64,000 bases of DNA, from assembly GCA_002189035.1 (NCBI GenBank), contig NEEC01000029.1, positions 372,001-436,000 on the forward strand. Reading direction: 5' to 3'. How positions within the stretch are numbered: the stretch's first letter is position 1; the number at the start of each line of letters is the position of its first letter. Positions 12,664-26,125 of this stretch are shown piece after piece. This stretch comes from Utricularia gibba (taxonomy: Eukaryota > Plantae > Magnoliophyta). The position numbers were made by a program, and so were the translations under genes. The notes under the pieces were generated by a model. The model was not told the origin of the DNA and did not search any database. It saw nothing but the letters and a program-made list of their open reading frames with translations.

Positions 12664-15218
12664 ATGGATGCTCTGGGCAACCTAGATGAAAATTGTCATT
12701 TCTTTGATGCTGTGGAACACATGGAAGAAGATTTTTCTACTCAAAAGCTGCAGGCTTTTGTGAATTACGAGTATGATCTGTGGACTGCACCTCTTACAAG
12801 TATCAAGGAGCGTCGGATCAACTTCATCCAGAGGATGGGGCCGAGCTTCAATCTATCCCAAAAAGCGTGCCATGGTCGAGATTTCAGTGGTGAAGGTGAT
12901 CTTTCCAACGGAGATGCTGATAGAGTAAAGGAAACCAATGGGGCTGTTCTAAGAACGTCAATTTCAGAAGATAGTACCTCCTCCAGCGATTCATCCGTAT
13001 CTGGTATGAAATTTGATGAATCCGTTGGTGTTGATGGTCATTTTAACTCCATAAATGAATCTGGGATGTCGAATACTGAATGCAAAAGGGAGGTAGAGGA
13101 TTCCAGTGTTATGCCGAGGATGATTAATCTACTGAGGGATAAGTGTTTGCGGAAATGGCGACCCTTCAGTCGAATGGTTAAGTGTAAATTGAAGGAGCAT
13201 GATGTGAGATTGAATAGCTGCAACCAAGTTCAGAGTTTACCGGCTCGGATGGTTCGGGCTCGCCATTGCGGGAAAAAGATGAAAGAGCTCTCAGGTTTGT
13301 TCACTTGCCAAAATATACAAGCACATGAGGGTGCCATATTATCCATGAAATTCAGCCATGATGGACAGTACCTGGCTAGTGCTGGTGAGGATAATGTTCT
13401 CAGAGTCTGGCAAGTTGTTGAAGATGAAAGACCGAATGTCATAGACATCGTTGATGTGGATCCTTCATGTGTTTGTTTCTCACTGAATCATCCCTACAAA
13501 TTGGAACCGCTACGAATTGAGAAAGATGATTCTCAGAAAACGAAGGGCTTTAGAAAGACACAAGAATCAGCGTGCATTCTCTTCCCTCAGAAGGTTTTCA
13601 GAATCATTGAAAAGCCATTGCACACTTTCTTGGGACATAAAGCAGCCATCTTGGATCTTTCTTGGTCAGAGAATGATGTATGCAAAGGATTGCAGTTATA
13701 CATTGAAGTTTTTATATCGCATGTTGAAGTAAACCTCTGTTTGTTGCTTGTTTCTTTTCAGTGCTTGTTGCTTTCGTCCTCAGCCGACAAGACAGTTCGT
13801 TTATGGAAGGTTGGCGTCAAGGAGTCCCTCAAAGTCTTCCTGCATACTGACTATGGTATGCACAGATGTATATGACTTCTCATGGTTGAGCATGAATTTG
13901 AATTTGATTTTGTGAATATTTGTCTCCTCTTATGATCCAAATGTGGGCCTAGCTCATTCTAGTTTTTGGCATGCCACTCTGCAGTCACCTGTGTTCGTTT
14001 CAATCCCGTGAATGACGATTACTTCATCAGCGGCTCAATAGATGGCAAGGCACGAATTTGGTCAATCAGTGGTTGTCATGTTGTTTCTTGGTCTGAACCT
14101 AAGGAAATCATCACTGAAGTGTCTTTCAGCCCTGATGGGAAGGTAAACTGACGCAACTCTTCTCATATTTTGTTTGGCTTCATAACTTGCTGTTTTTGCC
14201 TTAAAAGCCTCCTTTCTCCTGCTCAGAATGCTGCTATCGGCTCAATTCTGGGTACCTGCAGCTTTTTCAGCATATCTGGTGAGTGATGAATTTCGCGTTC
14301 CTTGTTATATGTTATCTGGGTGCGATCTTCATGTCCGCAGATCAGCTTCTTAAAAATTGTGTTATTATCAGATCATCAGTTCCAGTTGGAAAGCCAGGTT
14401 TGCTTAACCAGCAAGAAGAAATCACCCTGTAAACGGATAACTGGAATTCAGGTTCCTTTGACTTTACTCTCACAATCGATTTCGACTGGTCCAAAACCAC
14501 CACAGATATGCTCATAAGTTTCATCTTGGGTGCAGTTTTTAGCTCAAGATCCTAGCAAAGTACTGGTCACTTGTGCTGATTCAAATATCAGAATTATTGA
14601 TGGGGCAAACGTGATCGCCAAGTACAAGGGTACCTCCCTAATGTCCTCAGACTGTCCCTCTTCTTTGTCATTAGGTGCTGATTGCCTATCCATCCTCTTC
14701 ATCCCTCAGGACCACGAAGTGCAGGCAGCCATGTATCTGCAGCCTTCACTCCCGACGGTAAACACACAGTCTCAGCGTCTGAAGATTCCAACATTTACCT
14801 CTGGAACTGCGACGCAGATTCTGGTCGATCGAAGACCATTCGATCCTTCGAGTCTGTATCCTGCAGCAATGTGTCGATGGCCGTTCCATGGCCGGGGTTC
14901 AAATTGGGCAGCTCGCCCGACAAAATCCCGATGTTTCCTCTACCCTCCCCGGCCAACTGCTACTTGCCGTTGAGCCATGAGCTCCTCCCCCTAGCCTCCA
15001 ACTTCAAGGGATCAGCCACATGGCCTGAAGAAAAGCTTCCCATTTCATGTCCAAAGGCGCTCCCCTCCTCCCCCCTGGGCAAATCTCAGTACAAACACTT
15101 CAAGAAGTCATATCAGAGTTGTTCAAGTGCACATGCATGGGGCCTTGTTTTGGTCGCTGCTAGCTGCGATGGACGGATCAGATCCTTCCACAACTACGGC
15201 TTGCCAGTTCCTCTGTAA
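12664..15218 (+). CDS. WD repeat-containing protein 44-like (WD40)
   Basis: [105 protein letters not shown]; exon phases are consistent. Confidence 0.93.
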
Positions 15219-15882
15219 CTGCATCGTAGATGGTTGCTGCCGTGAAGGGGGGTACCTCTGCCTGTCACTGAGCACCCCCGTACCGGATACGGTCCCACAT
15301 CCGGGTACAGGGATCTCACAGTACATCGGACGATGGCCGCAGGAAAATGGACAACCTTCTAAACAAGCAAGTCTTTGGCTCGTTATGTGCTCATCTATTT
15401 ATTCTCCTCACCTAATGGGCCACAGAAGAAATCAGTTTGCGGTTGGGGAGCGGGAAATGTGATCGTGTCATGGCGCATGCCCTTTTGAGCTGCGACAATG
15501 CAGAAGCATGTCGTCTGCTTGGTGTTCTATTGGGCCTAAACGTGTCCATCGAGTTCCGCTTCTGGGCCGTATAACCAGATACACAAAGCTCGGTTCTCGG
15601 AGATGAGCTGCGAGTTTGCGCTCCCGGTCGCTGTTTGTATGTTTGCGGTTGGCCCGCGTTTCTTTCTGAAGTATGAAAGTGTTTCTTCAACATTTTGGAC
15701 ACCGTGAGAACTTGGGGTGACCCTTGAAAATTCCATCTAATCTGGCCGCCGGAGCTGCATCTTGCATCGTGACTGGGAAGTTCCCTTGGTAAATTTGGAT
15801 GGATCGATTGAAGATATGATGAAATTTGTGATACAAAAGCAGTGGGCAGTCTCGCACAGTGGGCGCGTGAGGGATCTGTGAT

Positions 15883-16618
15883 CTACCCGGTCTGATCGTA
15901 TAGTTGTTGCCTCATGAATCCAGGGCCAGGCTTGAAAGGATCCTTCTGGACGTAGGCTTCAGGGCGGTAGATCCCGGTGTCATTCATACGGTTGCTCAGA
16001 ACATGAAGTATGGCTTTCTTCTCGAACCCATATTCATCCCGGTTCTTCTCCACATACTGTTTCGCTTCTTCCGCTACTTGATTCACAAACTGGTAACGAT
16101 TATCTTCCGATAGCAACAGTCTCTCGATGTCCATCGACAGCACGTTCCCCGTGTCTCGTATCTTCCTAACTTGCTCCTCTAGAAACGGCACTCGCTCCAT
16201 TGTGAAGCCCTGCAGCATCGGATCCTTCTTCGTCTGCGTTCATTAGGGCATTGCATCGAACAACTTTTAGTCAATAGCCTGTTTCTTGTAACCAACCCAA
16301 AATCCAAAGTACAATTTACCAACTTCCTCCTCCTCCACACTTTCCGATAGCTGCCACCAGAATTTCTCGGATTCGAGCTCTCCTATGCGTGCAATTAGCA
16401 GCTAATTCAAAAGTACAAAAAAAAAAAAAAACATCGCGGCTGAAGGGGAAGAAAATCGCACCCCCGACGAACGAAGCAAGAAAAATAACCTGAGAGGCTG
16501 CAACGAAGCTTGCTTTCCATTGGTGTCCACCATTCTGCGACGAAGCGAAGAGAGAAAAATTCCGAGTAGCTGGAAGTACATGCGAAGGGGAGGCTAAGGT
16601 TGCAGAGAACGCAGCCAT
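15883..16618 (-). CDS. PTAC7: Plastid transcriptionally active chromosome protein 7 (PAP12), PEP-associated
   Basis: Three exons: transit peptide MAAFSATLASPSH..., ESSNPRNSGGSYRKVWRRRKL, TKKDPMLQGFTMERVPFLEEQVRKIRD...EDNRYQFVNQVAEEAKQYVEKNRDEYGFEKKAILHVLSNRMND...DPFKPGPG. Confidence 0.88.
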
Positions 16619-16950
16619 TGCAGCACCAAGAAAACGAAGGGCTCGAAAGCATTTGTTATTCTACGGGCCTGTAAAAATACATTGAGGGAGTAACATGGGC
16701 TTTTGTTCAACGTCAAATTGGGTGCACTGTATCGTGAGCCCATTAACAGGCCGCTGCGCATTTTAGTCTCGGAAATCAGCGCCGGTTAAGTTTTTGTGCG
16801 TTTCTGTGGTTGCTCGGCGGATTTTAATGTGGCTGGCCAACCTTACGCATTACCGGCTGACGGTGGAGCTGTTTTGGAGAATGAAGAGGATAGGAGTGGG
16901 AGAGGAGCTGATACTCTGAAATTCGCCGCCCAATATTTTTTCTCCTTGTA

Positions 16951-19900
16951 ATGGCTTTCCTTCTAGCCCCTTCAACAGCAGTCTGTTTAAGGTACCTGTA
17001 GTCAGTGTTTGATACATACTCTTACATGGATTGGAGTTTACTTTTTTTTTTTTTTATGGAGTTCTTTCTTGTGTTGTTACACTAAAGATTTTTTCTCTTT
17101 ATTGGTTGTTCTAAAACTACTAGTACTTTCAGCCAAGTATGTTGATTTGTAAGTGTTGTAAGGCGTTTCATGCGTTGAACAGACGAGGCTACGATACCGA
17201 AAAAAAAGTAGTTTCAAAAACACGTTTCAGGCTTACGTTTTTTTTTTCTTTTTCGTCATTTCCAGGGTCAATGAGTTCCGCCAGTGCAGTTTGATGAAGT
17301 TGCGGAAAGCGATTGTATATTCCTCTGCTTGCAGGAGCCCTCTGCCATGCAGTTTTAATTTTTTTATTGAGCCACCAATTTCGCGAAGTACTTGGAGAAG
17401 TTTTTTGGTTGATAGACCATTCGAAGCTGGAGGTCGTTTCTCCAAAATTTGTCCAAGTTCGAGACAAATTTGCTTTAGCATTTCACAAAGGTTCAACTTT
17501 TTTTCATTTGAGTATTCAGAATAGGCGTGAGGGATGTCTCTAGTGTGGTTAGTGTTGTACATATTTGATTCAAGATTTCCTTCTCTACAGATTTTCCATG
17601 GAAGGAGCAGTGAGATTTTTATTTGCATTCAAATTTTTTGTTGGAAATTATTTCGCTTTTAGTTTTTGTTTTTTGCATATTATTTTGAGAGCTTAAACGT
17701 TTAAGATTGTGTGTTGTTCAGTTTTGTATTCTGGTATCAGTTTAATGAAAGTGGTTGTCTACTATCAGGTCTGATGTTTTTGAAGGCCAAGTAAATGATG
17801 TATCTGGAGTATCGGATGAGCTTGAAGAAGAACTTCAGGGTTTGTTTGATAAGATTAAACTTTTGATCAAATCTGGAAAGGAAGATGATGCACGGGCTTT
17901 GCTCGATGCAAATCATGAGGCTGTAATGGAACTAATTAATTCAGGCTACCAAGGAGCAGAAGAAGCAGCTAGTTTAGATACAATTGCCTTGGGTTACATG
18001 GCAATCGGTGACGTAAGGACTGTTGAGTCCATAATGGAAGTGGTAAATTAGCTTATTCACATCCCTGGGCCTCATATGCTTCCCTCCTGACAATTTGAAA
18101 AAGAATGCGGTGGGACATTTGTTTTGAACAAGGCCTGTGTGTTTGTCTAATTTTCTTTGGGTAGTATGACCCATTAAGTTAAAATTTTCCAGCACATTAT
18201 AATTTTGGTTGCATGTTATCTTATTGCAGATGAGCAAGGTGGTAAATGGGTTAAAAGATGATGGGCTCTTTCTTGATTCAGTGCTCATGCATATGGGAAG
18301 CCTTTATGCCAAACTGGGAAAGTTGGATCTATCTATTTCTTCATACGAAAGATCACTTCGAATTAAGGAGAGAAAACACGGTTAGCATAAGTATAAACTG
18401 CTGGAGTAGCGTAAGCTTTGCTGTTTCAATTTTTTGAATTATAATATAAGTGTGATTTATTCTTTGTTTCATCCCTAGGGAATAAGAGTTCCTTCCTCTG
18501 TATTTTACTGCTGGGCATGGCAGAAGTTTTGGCGTCATGCCAAAGATTTTCTGAGGCTATAGATACCTACGATAGAGCCATTAAAATTTTAGAGCTGAAT
18601 AAAAATGTGAAATGTAAGGACCTAGTAGTGCCTCTATCTCAGATGGGCAATCTTTTGCTAAAAGAAGGAAGAACTTTGGATGCTGAGTACACGTTTAGCA
18701 GGTATGTTGATTGAACAGTGCATTGATTTGTATGCCAAACATGTTTTGATTTCTTCCTGCTTTTGGGTAGAGTTCTCGACACCGTTGTGATGTTATATGG
18801 TGAAGAAGATGGAAGGGTAGGAATGGCGATGTGTTCTCTGGCCCAAGTGAAATGTGCAAAAGGTGAGGATAGGTTGTATGATTGAGTTGTGTTTTGCTAG
18901 CAAGCAGCACTTTTTCTTCCCAAGTTGTCTCATCAAATTGCATGAAGCTCGAACAATCCAATCCATCCAAGCTTTATTGCTACAAACACAGAGTCAATGC
19001 CTTGATGAAATTTCCTTATTGTGCTTTCCCTTCAACAGGAGAAGTGAATCAGGCCATTGAGCTTTACAAGAATGCCATCCAGATTCTCAAGGATTCAAGG
19101 GACATGGAACAAGATGACAAAATATTGGAGAAGATTAGGATGGACCTCGCTGAACTCTTTCATGCGGCCGGAAGGTACAAAAAATTGAATCTTGTGCCTG
19201 TTGCCCTTGGAATAATATTGGCTATTTGCTTTATGATTCTCACAGTGAATTATCGACATGTTTTTCGAAGTGCATAAATTGGCTCATTTTCCTGTTTGAG
19301 AGAAGTTCTCTGATTTCATGTGACTCACAGTCTTGATCGTTCTTAGAGCAGAAGAAGGGCGAGATTTGCTCGAAGAATTATTGTGGCAAACTGAGAAGTC
19401 TGAAGGAAAAAGGCATCCCAGTATAGTTCCGCATCTTATGAGTCTTGCCAGCTCCCATGCACACTCCAAGAACTTTTCAGAAGCTGAAAGATTGCTGCGC
19501 ATTGGCTTACAAGTATTGATGCAACATGTCCCACCTGATGATCCGTCAATTACATTTCCCATGCTACATTTGGCGACTATTCTACATAGTTTGCATCGTT
19601 TTGAAGAAGCTGAGACATTTGCTCTGAACGTTGTTTGCATAAGGGAAAGAGCATTCGGGAAGGAATCTTTACCTGTTGGTAAGCTTCAGTTTTATCAGTC
19701 ATGCACAGTAGCTCCTGTCCCCTTTTGTAGATATAGGCAACAAAGATGCGTAACTCGCTGACTTGGTTGTCCACAGCCAGTATCCGAACTTCGTTTGGGG
19801 CATGGATTCTATTACCACGTAGCACTTTAAGCTATTTCGATTGTTTTTTCGAAGTTCTTTGACATTTTTTTTCCTAAACTGATTAAACAGGAGAGGCACT

Positions 19901-20147
19901 TGATTGCCTAGCATGTATCCAGATGAAATTGGAGAAGGATGAGCCTGAACTGATGGAGCTGCTCAAGAGGGTGTTAAAGATCCAAGAAACGCACTTTGGA
20001 CATGACAGTGGTGAAGTTGTGGAAACTCTGAAGAAAATGGTGTATCTTCTTGATAGAATGGGAAGAGACAGGCATCTGGAGAAACAGACGCTCGAGAGGA
20101 GATTGACCATGTTGAGAAACAAGCATAAGCGGATGGTTCCCTACTGA
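16951..20147 (+). CDS. Kinesin-light-chain/nephrocystin-3-like TPR protein, probably plastid-targeted (At5g53080/WTG1-like, recalled); 5' exon structure uncertain
   Basis: Spliced TPR-type exons (LDSVLMHMGSLYAKLGK, GMAEVLASCQRFSEAIDTYDRAIKILE, GRVGMAMCSLAQVKCAKGEVNQAIELYKNA, PDDPSITFPMLHLATILHSL) ending LRNKHKRMVPY* at 20147; candidate start MAFLLAPSTAVCLR at 16951 with a transit-peptide-like second exon. Confidence 0.8.
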
Positions 20148-20420
20148 CTTAGTGCATTTCTCTGGCCACGAACACCATCTATTGACTTCGAATACACATG
20201 TAACAAATCACTTGACTTGATACACCAGTAACTATATGTAAAATCAGGATTTCTTAGCCACTGCCACAGTTCCCTCATATTACTTAAGGTAAGAGATCCA
20301 GCTACTAGCTCTCCGATTCTTCTTAACTGGGTTTTGCAGATGTGAGAGAAGATGGAAACGCTACATGAGAATGGGGCCCAAAGAGTAAAAACAAAGAATC
20401 GTTGTGTTCTGTCTTCTTGA

Positions 20421-22407
20421 TCAGTATTCATCAAGGTAAGTGTAGAGCATATCATCTCTTCTCGACTTTCTCTGTGACAGCAGAGATTTTAAAAGAGCTT
20501 TGCTCTTGCTGGAAAGTTCCCTACTGTCTTTAGGGCTCTCCTTGGTGGCCGGCATCTGTGTTGATGATGATTTTCGAGGTTCTGAGATATACTGAAACAT
20601 GGCACAGCAGAGTATCACTAGGATGTTGGATACATGACCAGAGGAATGAGACTGGGATGCTCACAAATTGCTGGTGTGCAGAGCGGTCAGGGGTGGTGGG
20701 CCGGCTCTTATTTGGCGTGCTTGACCGTGATGCTCTTGGTGTCAATGCCTTGATGGAGAGCGAACTTGACCGGAAAAAAGGAAACCGCCGTGGCGAAGCA
20801 TCTGTTCTCCTTCCTGAATCAGATGCACAATCAAAATGAAGGAACTGTCATTACATTATCTCAGGATACCTTAAAATCATCCATCTCAGAACAAAGCAGT
20901 TGGGCAGGAGGTATTCTCATAGCGGTTATTATCAAAAGGAAAATATTGATGCACACTTTTGACTATATATGTTCACCAAGGCCATATGAGGAAGTGCAAG
21001 ACGTGCATCTATCCAATACACATGCTTGTCACAGCTTCAACAAGGAAAAAAACCTGAATCTCTATTCGACTTGTTGATTGGAAAGGAAAGGTTTCCATCC
21101 TTCAATGCATAATTCGGAGGAGGAGTCGACTGAGAGAGCCGTTTACTGAAATGACAAGCAAATACTTTCACCATAGGTTAAAAGCAAACTGCAAAAAAAT
21201 GAAAAAAAAATCTAATGATAGATAATTTCATTTTGACTCGCCTGACTTCGGTGAGTAGAGAAGGTTCCTGCATTGTGCTTCGAAAGGCTGTAGGGAAACC
21301 ATTAAAATGAAGTGTGAATGTGACAATGGCTCAATGAAAAAGTGACTGGAAAGATATCAGAGTGCGTCATTTTTTCATACCATTCTTAAATTGATCCAAG
21401 TCTTCTGTGTCCTGAAATATGCATCCTATGAACTTTGATTTTGTCTGGACGCCTCCATGCATTGTTTCTCCCACTTAACAGATATAAACACAAAAAGATG
21501 AATTACATGCACGTTACAATGGATAATGGATTCAATGGAAAAGAGAGATTACATGGCAAAGTATATCTTTTACAGTACTTGGGTGCATTCATCTGCAGTG
21601 ACTGTTGTGAAATGCCTTCATGGTCGATGTACTCCTGGCATACTTGCAATCTCTAAATCACCTCAAAGTTTCAGAAATGCAAAAAAAAGTCACAATCAAC
21701 AAAAATTGCAGTTTCAGATTCCGAAGTAGAACATTTCTCAATAGTCTCTTTGATCTAGCTTCAGAAGAACCGCAGAAATACCTGGTGAATGCAGGAGATC
21801 CGGAGTTCCGCTCCAGAAACATCTTCAACCTTATCATCGAGCAATCCATTTACCTTATAACTTAGATAGCCCAGGTGGTCCACGGTATTCACAAGCGCTT
21901 TAATGGCATAATCTTTCAAAGTATTTACAACTCTGCAGTTGTCGAGCAAAAAGTATTCATTTTAGAATGTATAACAAAAAAATCCATGTATAGCCTACAG
22001 TTTAGGTAAGGAATTAGGTGATGAATCTAACATTCAAAATCAGCTAGAAGGAGCAGGTGACGATTGACCAGCACAGATTATAAGTAACTCACACATGCTT
22101 TTCGATGTCATTCATGTATGAAAACTCAAAGTATTCTGCAGCTGAATAAAGCTGTTTCCTAAGATTCTTCAAATCCTGAAAAACAAAAAAATACTGAACA
22201 ACTAAAAGAGTAACAGTTCGAAAAATCATGCCTTCATGTAAGTGGTTCATGTTACAAAGAAAATGGGGGTATGGAAACAGCTCAAGGGTATACTACCAAG
22301 CGAAAAACTACCTTTAAACTATCAGATAACATCAAACTCTGGTGCAGAGAGACCTCATCGTAATTTTCTGGTTCACAAGGAGGATTCACTGAAGCACTTT
22401 CACACAT
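20421..22407 (-). CDS. ABIL: Abl interactor-like protein (SCAR/WAVE complex subunit)
   Basis: [32 protein letters not shown] / [20 protein letters not shown] / [32 protein letters not shown] ... [29 protein letters not shown]. Confidence 0.93.
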
Positions 22408-23807
22408 TGCCTCCATTGAGGAGCATGGAACCACTTACAGAACTATTTATTCCTGCAACAACCATTTCCGTCCGTCGTTTAGTCCAAGCATTGGAAGCTG
22501 CACTCTAGAGAAATACAAGAAAGAACTCTAAATTCAAACGCTGGAATTTCCTAACAGTACAGCAGAATCCCTCTCTACAAAGATGCACTTCAGCATACTC
22601 AAGGAATTTAAATACAAAAATACTATGCAGAGGAAACGAAACATCTAAGCAGATGCACTACAAACCTTCGCAACACTAAATTCCATGTCTATCACAAAAA
22701 AGAAAAAAACAGCAAAATGTCCATTGTTAACTCAAAAACAGATGAAATTTGCTCACTCACACTCCCATTGCTCTCTAGAAACACCAAAATGCACGTAAAC
22801 ACGAAAGAACTCGGATAAAAAAAGCAAGAATGGTTACGAAATGTGTGAGCTTTCGGAATTCTAAACACCTTGGTGCCACTCCGCAAGCAGATAAAGGCTT
22901 TTTGTCCTACTCGAGCGGAAGAGCGAAAAATGAGACCATCCACGTTCAGTTTCCAATCACAAGCCTTGGATTTTTGAAAAGTGATGAAAGAAGACGACAA
23001 CCCGAAACAGGCCCAGCATATGCTGAAGGCACTTTGGCGTTTGGGGCATCAACCCTGTCTGAAACCAAACTGCAAAATAACTACTACTCTTCTTCCTGAA
23101 TGATAAAGTGTGAGCAACAAAAGGGTTCCTTTGTCAGAGCAAAAATGGCCAGCAACTCCGTAACGTTTCCTTTCATGGAATCTGGCTGGCAACCCAACAG
23201 CGGAGGGGACGTTGGAATTTCCCAGAAGAATAGTTTTGGATTAACTAAGGAAAGTGTAATTATGATGTCATTTAAGATGGATTTGAAGGCGCATTTAATG
23301 AAACTAGGAATTTGATGAGGCCAGACAAAAAAACACGTCGCAATTATTCAATTCATGAAATACGCCGCATTGGCGAATGGGAAACCCCAAACTACCCCTA
23401 AAACGCCCTATTGGGCCAACCCTGGTTCACTAGGTGGGCTCGGGATCTTCGGGCCCAATGCTAATTTCCGAAGGGGCAATCAATGCATGATTTAAAGCAT
23501 GTTCCTGAAGGAGACAGCAGCAGCAGTCATCTTGAGAGCGATCCCGGTGGCCTACATTCTCCCTGGACCACTTCTGGAAGGGCCCCCATTTTGCTGACTT
23601 TGAATCCGAGAACCCCAGTCTTGAAATTCGATAGTACCGCAGCAAGTGGTTTTCAGTTTCCGGCGTCATAAGATGATAGTAGTTGTATAGTTTTGATGAA
23701 CTTCAAAAGGAAAGGACCGAAAGGCCGAGTGTTGAGCATCAAACCTTGTTGCTTAAACGTGGTACTAAGATAACTAGTGAAGTATCAAGTATGCAGGGAA
23801 TCAGGAA

Positions 23808-26125
23808 CTATCGCTTAAGATGTATGATACCATTACAAGCCAGAGTGCCTTCAAGGTTTCCTATGATTCGAGATATTCGAATTTCCAGTCCCATTTGGAC
23901 TTCTCTGAAAAGAGTTCTCATGGTGTCTGCGAATCGTTTCGCATCAAAGCTCTCGAGATTTTCGATCTTCCCTTGTTCCCCTTGGAGTCCGGAGGCAATC
24001 TTGGTTTGCACTTGTGCTAGCTTCTGCCCGGTTGCGACAATGTACCTCTGTAACTGGAAGGTTTCTTCAAGAAAATGCTCTAGAATCTTGGCCTCTTCAG
24101 GGTTCTAGCATTGCTGGAACACTCACTGCTCAAGTTCAGGTTGTTGTCTTGCTGAAGTTTGTGAACAAAGAAATGGTGTAAGCTGGCGATTTGAACTTCA
24201 GCAATGGTGTAAGGCACCTTGGTCCATCCAAACATAAATGAAATGTGGAAGCTATGACATACCATTCTTTGGGAAAGATCATCGATTTTTCCTTGAAGGG
24301 ACTGATACCGATCCGCCTGTTTGTAGAGAAGGGAGATGAGAATTTCGAAATCTTCATCCTTATGTCCATCACACTCTTGTTTTCCCTTCAGCCTCTCAAG
24401 CACAAGAAGCTGCTGCTTCAGTCTCTTGATCTTGTGAGTGATTCCAAGAGCATGAATATCCATCTTCCTGGTGGAATTGCTGAGCTCCCTTTTTGTTCCT
24501 AGGCCTAGTAGAGCTGATGTAATTGCACCTGTGAAATCATTCGAATCGGCGCTCGTAGTTCGAGAATGGTTCAGGCTCACCACAGGCGCACCAGAGCTTC
24601 CCACATTCTGGACATCCAAAACTATGTCCTTTACTTGATCATGAAGAGAGTTTTTTTCGATATCGTTGTTTCTGGCTTCTTGGTTTCCCTCGTTCAATCT
24701 TCTCTCAATGATCTTTATGTTGGACTGGAGATTCCCCCGGTTTCCAGTTTCTTCATCTGGAGAGGGATTGAACTCAAGTCTTCGGAGATTCAGAGGTTCA
24801 AAACTCAAGATCTGCTCTTTCAGTGAGTGCAACTCATTCTCACGATCCAGAACCAGTTCCTCTAGCTTCACATTCTCCTGCTTAAGTTGCATAAAATCAC
24901 GTTCTAATGCGTGCACGTACGACTGCATCCTCTTGGCTTCGATATCCGAGCTCAACAGCCTCCACTGTAGAGCTTCCAGTCTTTCATCTTTGAGTCTGAG
25001 TTGCTCTACGAATGCTTCAATCACAAGGTTATGCCTTTGATCCTGCTCTTCCTCATCACCAGTTAGTTCGATCGGATTCCGGTTGGATACAACAGAAACA
25101 ATCTCAAGCCCTCCCCTCAGCTCAGGTTGATGATGATAGCCTTTTACATGCTTGGACAGCAAATTTTTTAACAAATGGCCATCATTTTTAAACTCTGGAA
25201 CACCTTTCCAGGCTCCTGCTTCATGCTTCCTCGTCGCTTTCGCCATCTGTTTATCGCAATTCCCTAGATCGAGCTTCCTCAGAAGGACAGACAGGACTTG
25301 ATCTTTCTGCTCCAAATCCTTCCTCAATTTAACCAGCTGTGTCGACAGTCTTTGGTTCATTGCCAGAGCTTGCTCTTTCTGCTCCGTCGCTGAATCAGCT
25401 TCTTCGTTCGATGCTTCGAGTCGTCTCAAAGCCCGGTTCAGCTCAGCTTCAAGCTGCCTCTGAGCAGAAACAAGCTCTATAGTTGCAGTCTTGTACCTCA
25501 GGATCTCACTAGAATGGTATTCAGCTTCAAGCTTTGCCTTCTCTGTCAACTGAGCAACTGCAACTTCAGCCGCTCTCACCCTCTCTTCGATCTCCCGTCT
25601 CTTCTCCTCAACTGCATCGATCAATCTATCCTTTTCGGATACAAGATTCTCACTTTGCACCAACCTCTCCCTCAGTTCACACACAGATTTCTCATTCTTA
25701 GCCTCGGCAACTCTCAACTCATTGGTAAGTGACCCAATTTGTTGCCTAAGCATCTTCCTCTCGTTGAACCAACTCTGCTCCCGGGCTGCAACGATGCTCA
25801 TTACCCTCTCATTCGCTTTGGCTTCTTCATTTCTTCGCCTCTTCAGCTCTGCAACATGTTTTTCAGCGTCTTCAAGCTTGTTCAGAAGATCAATGTTCAG
25901 ATTTTCCACTCTCTTTGAGTGCACCTTCCAAAGAAACATCCCCATTAAGTGGGCACTCCCCTTAATCACCTTGTTTCTTTCTTCCAGCCATTCTTGTGTT
26001 TCGGGATCTGATATGAGATTCAGAGCGAAAAATGCACAAGAAATACCGAAAAATACAGGATACAAACTATCGCTTCTGTCCTCAGGCATAAAACCAGAGG
26101 GGCTTTCGGCTACATCTTCATCCAT
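23808..26125 (-). CDS. Plant coiled-coil (myosin-tail-like) protein, At5g53020/At3g45900-like (recalled); 1-nt frameshift at about 24101
   Basis: 681-aa ORF with LYPVFFGISCAFFAL, long heptad regions, EQRHxLxIEAFVEQLRLKDERLEALQWRLL and MDIHALGITHKIKRLKQQLL; the last exon resumes EEAKILEHFLEETFQLQRYIVATGQKL...FREVQMGLEIRISRIIGNLEGTLACNGIIHLKR*. Confidence 0.85.

Noticed and set aside
15280-15308. snRNA USE-like element (GTCCCACATCC) within a small hairpin
   Set aside because: No correctly spaced TATA box and no recognisable snRNA downstream; it lies in the WD40 3' region.
16881-16919. ATG at 16881 as the TPR gene start
   Set aside because: The frame closes after 12 codons; ATG 16951 leads into a proper donor site and a transit-peptide-like exon.
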